A stretch of 64,000 nt of DNA from positions 190,391 through 254,390 of the forward strand of contig CAWJPW010000003.1 of the NCBI GenBank assembly GCA_963844845.1, in the 5' to 3' direction. The notes beneath the pieces are model-generated. The model searched no databases. It saw nothing but the letters and a program-made list of their open reading frames with translations, and was not told the origin of the DNA. The stretch's first letter is position 1, and each line of letters begins with the position of its first letter. The stretch is from an uncultured Acidobacteriota bacterium (lineage in GTDB: Bacteria > Acidobacteriota > Thermoanaerobaculia > Thermoanaerobaculales > Sulfomarinibacteraceae). Position numbers and translations under genes: made by a program. Below are positions 37,701 through 45,556 of this stretch, piece by piece.

Positions 37701-39967
37701 CCCTTGCTGGTCGCCACCCCGCTGGCAGCGACCACCGACAGGGTGTTGAAGGCCGGCACCGTGTCCGGGTCGGAGTCGTTGGCCAGCACGTTGGTCGCCG
37801 CAGTCGCAGCTGCCAGCGCTGTCGGTGTCGCACCGCCCGCCGCCAGCTGGGTGTTGCCGGCGGTGTAGTAGGTGTCGGGCGCCGCGCTCGGCGGCTCGTT
37901 GACGTCCAGGACGGTGATCGTGACGGTGGCCGTGTCGGACAGCGGGGGAGTGCCGTCGTCGGTGATCTGGACGGTAAGAGAGAAGCTGGGGGTGGCCTCG
38001 AAGTTCACGGCCGCGGCGTTGGCCACGGTGATCTGGCCGGAGGTGGCGCCGATGGTGAAGGCGCCGCCGGTGTTGCCTGCGGTGATGGACCAGGCGTAGG
38101 TCTCGCCGGCGTCGGGGTCGGTGAACGCCAGGGTGCCGAGCACGGTGGCGTTGGGGCTGTTCTCGGCGATGGAGAAGCCCTGGTCCGCCAGCACTGGTGG
38201 CTCGTTGGCGTTGGCGAGATTGACGGTGATGGTGGCGCTGCCCGAAAGCGGCGGCGAGCCGTTGTCGGTGACCTGGACGGTGAGGGAGAAGCTGGGGTTG
38301 GTCTCGAAGTCGAGGGCAGAGGCGTTGGCGACGGTGATCTGCCCGGTGGCCGGGCCGATGGTGAAGGCGCCGGCGGTGTTGCCGGCGGTGATGGCGTAGC
38401 TGAGGGCCTGTGTCGGCACGTCCTGGTCGCTGGTGCTGACAGTGCCCACCACCGTCGCGGCCGGGCTGTTCTCGGGCAGGCTGAAGGTCGCCGGCGTGAC
38501 CACCGGCGCGTCGTTGACGTCGTTGAGGTTCACGGTGACGGTGGCAGTGCCCGAAAGCGGCGGCGAGCCGTTGTCGGTGACCTGGACGGTGAGGGAGAAG
38601 CTGGGGGTGGTCTCGAAGTCCACCGCGGCGGCGTTAGCGACGGTGATCTGGCCTGAGGCGGCGCCGATGGTGAAGGCGCCGCCGGTGTTGCCAGCGGTGA
38701 TGGCGTAGGTGAAGCTCTCGCTCGCCTGCTCGGGGTCGCTGAAGCCGATGGGGGCGCCCACCGGGGTCGCGGCGGGGCTGTTCTCGTCGATGGCGAAGGT
38801 AGCCCCAGTCACCGCCGGCGGGTCGTTGACGCCGCTCACCGTGACCGTCACGGTGCCGGTGTCGCTCGCGCCGTTGCCGTCGTCGATGGTGTAGGTGAAG
38901 GTGTCGTCGATACTGTCGCCGGCGCTGAGGGCCTGCAGGGAGGAAGCGCCGGTGGGGTCGTAGGTGAGGTCGCCGTTGGCGGCGACCGTGACGGCCGCGC
39001 CCTCGGCGCTGGTGGCGTCGAAGGCGCTCACGGTAAGCGGGTCGCTGTCGGGGTCGGAGTCGACCCCGGAGCCGTTGTCGGCGAGCACGTTGACGCTGCT
39101 GAGCACGGTGTCCTCGTCGGTGGCGAAGCTGTCGGGCTCGGCCAGCGGAGGAGCGTTGGGGGTGAGGTCGAAACGGAAGACCAGGATGGCGCCGGCCCCC
39201 GCCCGGGCGGCGACACCGTAGGCGGCGAGGATGTCCACCTGGCTCGGTGCGTCACCCGAGGGGTCGGTGGCGAGCGGTGAGATGCCGGCCCAGTCCGAGG
39301 CGTCGCCGTCGGGCGTGGGCAGGAAGGCGGCCCAGGCGGCGCCGATTCCCCCGACCAGCAGCACGACCCCCAACACTGCGGCGACGCGGCTCGAGCGCCG
39401 CCGCAGCACCAGCACGCCGGCGCCGGAGAGTAGCGCCGCCAGGAGTAGGAGGCCCCAGGTGCCGACGGTTGGGATGCCCGCCGCCTGGCCGAGGTCGAGG
39501 ATGATGGCGTTGCCGCCCGGACTCCCGGTGGTGGAGAGCAGGGCGTCGCCGCTTGCGCCCACGAGGAGCGAGGCGAAGCCGAGCCGAAGAGTGCCGGCGG
39601 CCGGTGGCGGCAGCTCGAGGCCGGTCTCGAGCACCGTGGGGGTACTGCTGGCGCCGGGCGCGAGCGGCCACGGGGGTGCGGCGGGCGAGGTCACCGCGAC
39701 CGGAGCGCCGAGGCTTCCGCCGCTGCACTCCTGGACCACCACGGAGGTGACGGTCTTGCTGTCGAGGTCGACGGTGGTGACGAGCACCCGTTCGACGCCG
39801 GTGAACGGTCCGTCGGCCGTGGCGATCGTGCATCCGGTGCCGGCGTTGTCGTCGGCGTCCACCAGCACCCGAAAATCCCCGGTGGCGGCGGCCGCGGGGC
39901 GCGGGACCAGGACCAGAGCGAGGGTGAGGGCGGCGAGAACGGGGAGCACGCGGTGGCGGGGCATCAT
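34784..39967 (-). CDS. Giant (1727 aa) surface adhesin-like protein. Domain order: signal peptide, ~160-aa N-domain, internal IPTL-CTERM-like segment plus a second TM, VCBS/cadherin-like repeats, then a long parallel beta-helix region
   Basis: Signal peptide MMPRHRVLPVLAALTLALVLVPRPAAAA. GIPTVGTWGLLLLAALLSGAGVLVLRRR at residues ~164-191. Three ~104-aa cadherin-type repeats (..ENSPxxTxVGT..YAITAGNTxGAFTIxxxxGQITVANxxxxDFExxPSFSLTVQVTDNGSPPLS..VNDAP). LANDSDPD-type modules. More than 800 aa of G/T/S/N/V-rich beta-helix-like repeats. Confidence 0.85.
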   Translation of the reverse strand: MMPRHRVLPVLAALTLALVLVPRPAAAATGDFRVLVDADDNAGTGCTIATADGPFTGVERVLVTTVDLDSKTVTSVVVQECSGGSLGAPVAVTSPAAPPWPLAPGASSTPTVLETGLELPPPAAGTLRLGFASLLVGASGDALLSTTGSPGGNAIILDLGQAAGIPTVGTWGLLLLAALLSGAGVLVLRRRSSRVAAVLGVVLLVGGIGAAWAAFLPTPDGDASDWAGISPLATDPSGDAPSQVDILAAYGVAARAGAGAILVFRFDLTPNAPPLAEPDSFATDEDTVLSSVNVLADNGSGVDSDPDSDPLTVSAFDATSAEGAAVTVAANGDLTYDPTGASSLQALSAGDSIDDTFTYTIDDGNGASDTGTVTVTVSGVNDPPAVTGATFAIDENSPAATPVGAPIGFSDPEQASESFTYAITAGNTGGAFTIGAASGQITVANAAAVDFETTPSFSLTVQVTDNGSPPLSGTATVTVNLNDVNDAPVVTPATFSLPENSPAATVVGTVSTSDQDVPTQALSYAITAGNTAGAFTIGPATGQITVANASALDFETNPSFSLTVQVTDNGSPPLSGSATITVNLANANEPPVLADQGFSIAENSPNATVLGTLAFTDPDAGETYAWSITAGNTGGAFTIGATSGQITVANAAAVNFEATPSFSLTVQITDDGTPPLSDTATVTITVLDVNEPPSAAPDTYYTAGNTQLAAGGATPTALAAATAATNVLANDSDPDTVPAFNTLSVVAASGVATSKGGTVDIAANGSFVYTPPPGVDATIADPDTFTYALSDGTNTVAGTVSVVIEQMIWYVKNDEAAGGDGTSTTPFDTLAAAASSSSAGEILYVFTGDGTSVGQDQGVALLDGQHLIGQGVPLVATVNGTPLTLVTAGTRPRIANTNAGGDGVTVTASTANGDRNGMAVRGLTISGDRHAVAIAATDAASLDVGLTSCALAGGSGAGLVVDGTGTTGAVAVTDLAALTASAAGGGGGLVLDDVVFDADPATPTFDTVAGGALSVGSTSSPGDIQGDGLHLAAVRGDLQLDTLTIGNQSGTGLLVSTPDASFNPATGSGFRLQTTGGAITTASGEALHVVNAAIGTAFSNLSSASSPGAGLTLDGVAGSLTVSGGTTVTNPTLQGIAVTATSANATFSQSGTTQVTGTGTQRILVDTSTGTVAFGNTQVTGGTDGISLQNNSAGVRTFGTLAVTGGSGSGVVVNGNSGGSTTFSGSTKTISTPGHPGVTLTGNTGHTMSFTGGGLAVTSTTAAGFTASGGGTVIVTGTGNTVTATTGAAVSITGTTIGASGVTFESLSSSGGTTPGLTLTNTGTTGPFSVTGDGAAAANGTGGTIANTTGNVDGVMLSNAANVTLARMNINNNSRNGVYGSNVAGLTLSYCSLAGNADQVSPDEAGILLEEATGAVTLTGTTVSNSFENNIKVANTLATPLTMTVAGSTLQNSGASTVAGHDLLFSGAATADMTLNVSGSTFTGSITPGALTANGILADTAGGTMSVEVTSSTFQSNNVGVGVSASGAGSMTFNIHDNPVITSSRSNAINVFTNASHTGTMSGHIENNVIGSSGVTGSGCLLGEGVRISNEGTGTTTVLVTGNTIREIGDGTGSGFEGVYVNEAVGGGTTNATITNNTLDQIRDDRGINCQVIIAGATLCSDIANNTLTNIYSPTPIRVRQTAGTHNVRQLDPAGSADPNRLDTINGGVAVSVAGTINFNAGACPQP
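37892..38830 (-). repeat. Three tandem ~309-312-nt cadherin-like coding repeats within the adhesin gene
   Basis: A 57-nt stretch gcccgaaagcggcggcgagccgttgtcggtgacctggacggtgagggagaagctgggg is identical at 38240-38296 and 38549-38605 (offset 309). The third unit is more diverged. Confidence 0.85.
39323..39478 (-). other. Internal IPTL-CTERM-like exosortase recognition segment (motif + TM + Arg cluster) followed by a second TM helix, inside the adhesin ORF
   Basis: Translation of 39478->39389 gives GIPTVGTWGLLLLAALLSGAGVLVLRRRSS. Translation of 39385->39323 gives VAAVLGVVLLVGGIGAAWAAF. There is no in-frame stop between them. Confidence 0.7.
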
Positions 39968-40140
39968 GACTCCGATCGGAAGCTCGTCATGGCAGTGCGA
40001 GAAGGGCCAGGGCAGGGCTCAAGGCCCGGCGACAGCGAGCAACTGACGCAAGGAGCGTGGTCGCGGCCATGACCCTCTCCCTCTGACGATCGATGAAGGC
40101 CCGTGATTGCAAGCTCTCCATGGTACTACGGACCAGTCTG

Positions 40141-40692
40141 TCAAGGCGAGCCGGCGGCCTCGACCTGAGGAGCGGGCCGCTTGGGGGCGAAGTAGCCGTG
40201 GTACTGCTGCCGGACCTCCTGCACCGAGGAGATTGCATCGGGGTCCACGTCACGGATGCGCTCGAGCAGCTCCGGCAGGCGGCGCCGGTGGGCCACCGAG
40301 AAGACGACCCCCACCTCGGAGCCGCGGCCGCCGCGGGCCTCCACGTAGGTCACGCCGAAACCCGCCGAGGTGAGCGGGTCCACCATCGCGTTGTGGTTTC
40401 GCGTGATCACCCGCACCACCACGTCGCCGAGGCGAAGGCGGCGGTCGAGGGTCAGCCCGATGTAGGTGCCGGCGGCGAAGCCGGCGCCGTAGCCGAGGAT
40501 GCGATAGACGTCGAGAGGGCCGCTCACCACCCCGGCAACGGCGGTGATGAACACCGAGACCTCGACGAAGCCGATGAGCGCCGAGAGCGTCCGGCGTCCC
40601 TGGATGGTGAGGATGAGCCGCAGTGTGCCCAGTGACACGTCGACGCAGCGCAGGCAGAAGATGACCAGAGCGGCGATAAGGGAAGCGACCAT
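40141..40692 (-). CDS. UPF0316/DUF2179-family membrane protein
   Basis: Start ATG at 40692 (MVASLIAALVIF..). Three TM helices, then a C-terminal DUF2179-like soluble domain (GFGVTYVEARGGRGSEVGVVFSVAHRRRLPELLERIRDVDPDAISSV). Confidence 0.7.
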   Translation of the reverse strand: MVASLIAALVIFCLRCVDVSLGTLRLILTIQGRRTLSALIGFVEVSVFITAVAGVVSGPLDVYRILGYGAGFAAGTYIGLTLDRRLRLGDVVVRVITRNHNAMVDPLTSAGFGVTYVEARGGRGSEVGVVFSVAHRRRLPELLERIRDVDPDAISSVQEVRQQYHGYFAPKRPAPQVEAAGSP

Positions 40693-40796
40693 GACAGACC
40701 CCCAGGGCCCCGATTGTACGCATGCCGCGGCTGCAGTCACCGGCGGAGCGTCGTAGAATCAGACAACGCCCACAAGGCATCGACCGGGGAGGGATC

Positions 40797-41867
40797 GTGT
40801 TCCGTCGTTTCAAGCGTTACAGCCCGCCGGGGACTGCACCCGGCACGATGCAGCGGCCGGAGGGCCCGCCGGTCGCTTCGACCTTGGAGCTCATCGGGTA
40901 TGACTCTGAGCGCTACGAGGCCATCCAGCTCGCAGGAGTCGGCGAGCTGCCGCGTCCGGAGGGCCGAGGAGTGGCGTGGCTCAACGTCGTCGGCCACGAC
41001 CCCGATGTCCTGGAGGAGCTGCGCGGCCGGCTCGACATCCATCCGCTCGTGATGGAGGACGTGGTCAACGTGGGCCAGCGGCCCAAGATGGAGGACTACG
41101 GGAGTTACCTGTTCATCATCGTCGACCTCCTGCGCCGGAGCGAAGGTGACAACGGCCTCGACAAGGAGCAGGTGAGTCTGATCCTGGCGCCCGGCCTGCT
41201 GGTGTCCATCCAGGAGCGCCCCGGCGACGTCTTCGAGCCGGTGCGCGCACGCCTGCGGGCGAGCAAGGGGCGCATTCGTGGGGCCGGCACCGACTACCTG
41301 GCCTACGCCCTCATCGACGCCGTCGTCGATCATTTCTTCCCGCTGCTGGAGGACATGGGCGAGGACGTCGAGGAGCTCGAGGAGAGGCTGGTGGAGGAGT
41401 CGGACACCCACGACATGGCGGCGCTGCACCGTCTGCGGCGGAGCCTGCTGGCGCTGCGCAAGTCCGCATGGCCACTGCGCGAGATGTTGAGCGCGCTGCT
41501 GCGGCCCGACACCGAGCTCGTTACCGACGACACCCGCGTCTTCCTGCGCGACGTGTATGACCATGCGGTGCAGGTCATCGACATGATCGAGACCTACAGG
41601 GAGATGGTGTCCAGCCTCATCGACCTCTACCTGTCGAGCCTCTCAAACCGGCTCAACGAGGTGATGAAGGTGCTCACGGTGATCGCCACGATCTTCATCC
41701 CGCTTTCCTTCATCGCCGGCGTCTACGGCATGAACTTCAGCCACGACGCGAGCCCGTTCAACATGCCCGAGCTGGAGTGGCGCTACGGCTACTTCTTCGC
41801 CCTCGGCATCATGGCGGCGGTGGCGATAGGCTTGCTCGGGTTCTTCCGCCGGCGGAGGTGGATCTGA
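40797..41867 (+). CDS. corA: CorA-family magnesium/cobalt transporter
   Basis: C-terminal TM pair with the YGMNF signature (AGVYGMNFSH). The GTG start at 40797 is preceded by GGGGAGGG. Confidence 0.92.
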   Translation: MFRRFKRYSPPGTAPGTMQRPEGPPVASTLELIGYDSERYEAIQLAGVGELPRPEGRGVAWLNVVGHDPDVLEELRGRLDIHPLVMEDVVNVGQRPKMEDYGSYLFIIVDLLRRSEGDNGLDKEQVSLILAPGLLVSIQERPGDVFEPVRARLRASKGRIRGAGTDYLAYALIDAVVDHFFPLLEDMGEDVEELEERLVEESDTHDMAALHRLRRSLLALRKSAWPLREMLSALLRPDTELVTDDTRVFLRDVYDHAVQVIDMIETYREMVSSLIDLYLSSLSNRLNEVMKVLTVIATIFIPLSFIAGVYGMNFSHDASPFNMPELEWRYGYFFALGIMAAVAIGLLGFFRRRRWI

Positions 41868-41897
41868 GGCCGACCGCCCGGATGCCGCCTCCTCGAG

Positions 41898-43061
41898 CTA
41901 CCGTCCTGTGTCGTCCGGCGGCTGCGCCTTCTCCTCGATCTCCTCACCCTTCTTGCGCCGGTTACGGATGAACCACGACATGACCTTCGACGACTTGACG
42001 CCGCGGACGACGTTCTCCAGGTCCTGGTAGATCTGCGGGTCGTTGATGAAGGCGCCAGCCGTGCCCTGGCCCTCGTCGAGCTTGGCCGAGACCGAGCGAA
42101 GGTGGGCCATGAGGCCCTCGAGGTCGCCCAGGAAATCATCGGCGTACTTCCTGTCGGAGAGCAGCCGGGGCAGCGTGCCCTGGCCCGAGGAGAGCTCCTC
42201 GGCGGCGGCTTCGAGGGCGAGGCTCGCCTCATGCACCGCCTCCAGCGTCTCCTCGATCCGCTTGCGGCCCTCGGGGTCGCGCATGAGTGCGGCGTAGGTG
42301 GACTCCGGGTTGTCCATGTCCTTGCGCACCCGAAGTGAGACCTGCCGCAAGGTGCGCACCGTGTCCTCGAGCTCTGCGAGCATGCTCTTCACTCTCGGAT
42401 CGTCGGTGACGAGCATGCCGAGCAGGCCCTGTCCCTTCTCGATCCGGTCGAGGATCGTGTTGGTGGTGTCCAGCGTGCGCCGCATGGTCTCACCGATGGG
42501 CTCGCCGTGCTCGGGGTTTCGGGTGAGGTCGCCGAGGAGGCCCTCGCCCGCCTCGACCCGCTGCAGGATCACGCGCAGGCTCGCCGAGATGGCGAGGAGG
42601 TTGTCCATGAGGTCCTCGCCTCCGGCGAGGAACTGGCTGATCTCCGGTGGGCTCTGGCCCTGCACCAGGCCACCGGGGGGTACCGGCGGCTGGTCAGCCG
42701 AACCGGCGGTGAGGGCGAGGTACTTCTCTCCCAGCAGACCGAGGGTCTTCACCGTCGCCCGCGTGTCCTGGCGGATGCGGCTGTCGTACACCTTCTGGAC
42801 GCTGAAGGTGACCCGAATGAGAGGGTTGGCCGGGTCGCGCGGCAGCGTGATCCGCTTGACAAAGCCCACCTTGACGCCGTCCATGTTGACCGCCGCGCCG
42901 TCGGTCAGCCCCTCCACGTTGGCGAGGCTGGTGTGGTACTCGAGGTGGGGGCTGAGGAGCTGCTGGCGCTTGCCGATGAGGAGGATGGCGGCACCCAGCA
43001 GGACCAACGCGGTGGCCGCGAGCATCCCGACCCTGATCGTGTGCCGTGTCTCGTCACGCAT
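41898..43061 (-). CDS. MCE/MlaD-family substrate-binding component of an Mla-type ABC transporter
   Basis: N-terminal TM, MCE domain (LEYHTSLANVEGLTDGAAVNMDGVKVGFVKRITL), and a long helical C-terminal region; overlaps the upstream ATPase gene by 8 nt. Confidence 0.85.
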   Translation of the reverse strand: MRDETRHTIRVGMLAATALVLLGAAILLIGKRQQLLSPHLEYHTSLANVEGLTDGAAVNMDGVKVGFVKRITLPRDPANPLIRVTFSVQKVYDSRIRQDTRATVKTLGLLGEKYLALTAGSADQPPVPPGGLVQGQSPPEISQFLAGGEDLMDNLLAISASLRVILQRVEAGEGLLGDLTRNPEHGEPIGETMRRTLDTTNTILDRIEKGQGLLGMLVTDDPRVKSMLAELEDTVRTLRQVSLRVRKDMDNPESTYAALMRDPEGRKRIEETLEAVHEASLALEAAAEELSSGQGTLPRLLSDRKYADDFLGDLEGLMAHLRSVSAKLDEGQGTAGAFINDPQIYQDLENVVRGVKSSKVMSWFIRNRRKKGEEIEEKAQPPDDTGR

Positions 43062-43803
43062 GATGTCCTCCCGCTAAGAAGAACTCGCGCACCTGGGGGG
43101 GGCTCTCCGAACCCGCCTCCCGTACCGTGCCCGAGAAGATGAACGACCCCTCGTGAAGGAAAACCACGCGCTGTGCGACCCTTTCAACCAGCGAAACCTC
43201 GTGGGTCACCACCACCGAGGTCGTGCCGAGGCGGCGGTCGAGGTCGATGATGAGCTCGGCGATGGCTCGCCCGGTCACCGGATCGAGGCCAGTGGTGGGC
43301 TCGTCGTAGAGGATGACCTCGGGCTCCAGCGCCAGGGCCCGTGCGAGAGCCACACGCTTGCGCATGCCGCCTGACAGCTCCGGCGGCATCAGCTCCTCGA
43401 TCCCCTCGAGCTGGACCATTCCGAGGAGCTCGCTGGCGCGGACGCGGATCTCGCTCTCGGACAGCCGCCGGTGCTCGCGCAGGGGGAATGCGACGTTGTC
43501 GAGGACGGTCATCGAGTCGAACAGGGCTCCCCATTGAAAGAGATAGCTCACGCGCCGGCGCAGGTCGACGAGGTTCTTCTCGGCCAGCTCCGATACCGGC
43601 TGGTCGAGCACAACCACTCGTCCGCTGTCGATCTGGACGAGCCCGTTGATGGTCTTCAGCGTGACCGACTTGCCCGAGCCCGAGGCGCCGAGGATGGCGA
43701 CCGTCTCGCCGCGCACCACTTCGAGCCGGACGTCGCGGAGCACCTGGTGGGAGCCGAACGACTTGCTGACCCCGTCGAGGAGGATGGCTGGGGTGTCGCT
43801 CAT
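43054..43803 (-). CDS. ABC transporter ATP-binding protein (MlaF-like)
   Basis: Start ATG at 43803 ([17 protein letters not shown]). Walker A GASGSGKSV, signature LSGGMRKRVALARAL, Walker B ILYDEPTTGLD. Confidence 0.92.
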   Translation of the reverse strand: MSDTPAILLDGVSKSFGSHQVLRDVRLEVVRGETVAILGASGSGKSVTLKTINGLVQIDSGRVVVLDQPVSELAEKNLVDLRRRVSYLFQWGALFDSMTVLDNVAFPLREHRRLSESEIRVRASELLGMVQLEGIEELMPPELSGGMRKRVALARALALEPEVILYDEPTTGLDPVTGRAIAELIIDLDRRLGTTSVVVTHEVSLVERVAQRVVFLHEGSFIFSGTVREAGSESPPQVREFFLAGGHHA

Positions 43804-44576
43804 AGGCTGAGGAACAGGCGTGTGACGAAGAAGTCCACGACCAGGACGCCGATGGCCGCCGCGTGGACGGTGTTGGTGGTCGCCTTGCCGACACCGTCGG
43901 CGCCGCCTGACGCGTTGAGCCCGTTGTAGCAGCCGACGATGGCGATGAGGAAGGCGAAGAAGAAGGTCTTGCCGAGGCCCGAGGCGAGGTCGTGGAAGGT
44001 CAGAAGCCGGAAGGAGTGCTGGAGGTAGAACGTTGCGGTGAGCCCCTCCTGGTACACGCCGATGAGCATGCCGCCGAGGATTCCCAGGGTGTCGGCCAGA
44101 ATGGTGAGTAGCGGGAGGGCGATCAGCACCCCCCACACCCGCGGGACCACGAGCTTGCGGACCGGATCGGCGCCCATCGAGCGGAGTGCATCCACCTGCT
44201 CGGTCACCTGCATGCTGCCGAGCTCGGCGGTGATGCCGGCGCCGACTCGTCCACCGACCATCAGTGCCGTGAGCACCGGGCCGAGCTCGCGGACCAGCGA
44301 GATGGCCACCACCTCGGCCACGTACATCCTGCCGCCGAACTGGGCCAGCGCGTAGCCGGTCTGCAGCGCCAGCACCATGCCGGTGAACACGGCGATGACG
44401 TTGGTCAGGTTGAGGGTGCCGAGGCCGATCCGGTCGAGCTGGCGCAGGCTCTCGCGGAGCTCGAAGGGCGGCGTCACCATGCGAACGAGCACCTGCCCCG
44501 AGAGGCGAACGGCACCCCCGAGGTGGAGGATTGGTCCCTCCACGAAGTTCAGGGCAGCGGTTGTCGCCATATTCAT
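43800..44576 (-). CDS. ABC transporter permease (MlaE-like)
   Basis: 258 aa polytopic protein. [38 protein letters not shown] is the MlaE family signature. 4-nt overlap with the ATPase gene. Confidence 0.9.
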   Translation of the reverse strand: MNMATTAALNFVEGPILHLGGAVRLSGQVLVRMVTPPFELRESLRQLDRIGLGTLNLTNVIAVFTGMVLALQTGYALAQFGGRMYVAEVVAISLVRELGPVLTALMVGGRVGAGITAELGSMQVTEQVDALRSMGADPVRKLVVPRVWGVLIALPLLTILADTLGILGGMLIGVYQEGLTATFYLQHSFRLLTFHDLASGLGKTFFFAFLIAIVGCYNGLNASGGADGVGKATTNTVHAAAIGVLVVDFFVTRLFLSL

Positions 44577-44668
44577 GGATGGTAGCGCAGCCGGAAAGGG
44601 CCGGGCAACCGAGCGTTGTCCGGCTCTCCGCGAGAGACTACAATCGAACCCTCGAAAGGAGGCCCGCC

Positions 44669-45142
44669 GTGCACGTCGAAGAAGGAATCCTGGATGCCGC
44701 GGGGCTCAAGATCGCGCTGGTGGTGAGCCGCTTCAACGAGGCGATCACGTCGCGGCTGGAATCGGGGGCGGTGGACTGCCTCCTTCGGCATGGCAGCAAA
44801 GACGACGACCTCACCATCTTCAGGGTGCCCGGGGCGTGGGAAATCCCCATTGTCGCCGCCAAGCTGGCCACCACCGCCCGCTTCGATGCCGTCGTCTGCC
44901 TGGGGGCCCTCATCCGCGGCGGAACCGCTCACTTCGACCTCATCGCCGCCGAGGTGGCCAAGGGCGTGGCGCAGGCGGCGATGGCCTCGCAGGTTCCGGT
45001 GACCTTCGGTGTGATCACCGCCGAGACTCTGGAGCAGGCGGTTGAGCGAGCCGGCAGCAAGCAGGGGAACAAGGGCTGGGACGCGGCGCTGGCCGCCATC
45101 GAGATGGCCCGGCTTTTCCGCGGTCTCGACGGGAGGGTGTGA
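44669..45142 (+). CDS. ribH: 6,7-dimethyl-8-ribityllumazine synthase
   Basis: GTG start at 44669 after [56 protein letters not shown]. Confidence 0.92.
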   Translation: MHVEEGILDAAGLKIALVVSRFNEAITSRLESGAVDCLLRHGSKDDDLTIFRVPGAWEIPIVAAKLATTARFDAVVCLGALIRGGTAHFDLIAAEVAKGVAQAAMASQVPVTFGVITAETLEQAVERAGSKQGNKGWDAALAAIEMARLFRGLDGRV

Positions 45143-45556
45143 ATGGGTGTGCGCCGTCGTGCGCGCGAGCTGGCCCTGCAGCTGCTCTACCGCCACGAAC
45201 TCACCGGCGCGCCACCCGGGGCGATGCAGGGCGACTTCGAGGAGTGGCAGCGGGCCCCAGACGAGGTGCGCAGCTTCGCAGGCCAGCTGCTTGACGGCAC
45301 GCTTGCCCACCTCGACGAGATCGACCGCGAGCTCACCGAGCAGACAGCACACTGGCGCCTCGAGAGGCTGGCCGCGGTGGACCGCAACATCCTCCGCGTG
45401 GCCATGTACGAGCTCCTCCATCATCCTGACACTCCCCCCGCCGTGGTGATCGACGAGGCCATCGAGATCGCCAAGCGCTACGGTGCCGAGGACTCCGCCC
45501 GCTTCGTCAACGGCGTTCTGGACGGCTTCGTCAAGCGGCGGAGCCACGTATCGTGA
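45143..45556 (+). CDS. nusB: Transcription antitermination factor NusB
   Basis: RRRARELALQLLY..WRLERLAAVDRNILRVAMYELLH..P.VVIDEAIEIAKRYG..SARFVNGVLD. Confidence 0.92.
   Translation: MGVRRRARELALQLLYRHELTGAPPGAMQGDFEEWQRAPDEVRSFAGQLLDGTLAHLDEIDRELTEQTAHWRLERLAAVDRNILRVAMYELLHHPDTPPAVVIDEAIEIAKRYGAEDSARFVNGVLDGFVKRRSHVS

Noticed and set aside
39968-40140. Sigma54 (-24/-12) promoter upstream of the adhesin gene (tggagagcttgca and ctggcccttctcgca on the minus strand). I looked because an EBP-like regulator is nearby. A TTGACA also overlaps the stop of the upstream gene.
   Set aside because: The GG-to-GC spacing does not fit TGGCAC-N5-TTGC in either candidate. The TTGACA has no acceptable -10 hexamer at 16-18 nt, and the local regulator lacks GAFTGA anyway.
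40693-40796. Mg-sensing M-box leader upstream of corA.
   Set aside because: The spacer (~100 nt, shared with a divergent gene) is too short for an M-box, and no characteristic motifs were seen.
44577-44668. FMN riboswitch upstream of ribH.
   Set aside because: The spacer is only ~90 nt, it shows none of the conserved FMN-element helices, and much of it is promoter/RBS (AAAGGAGG at 44655-44662).
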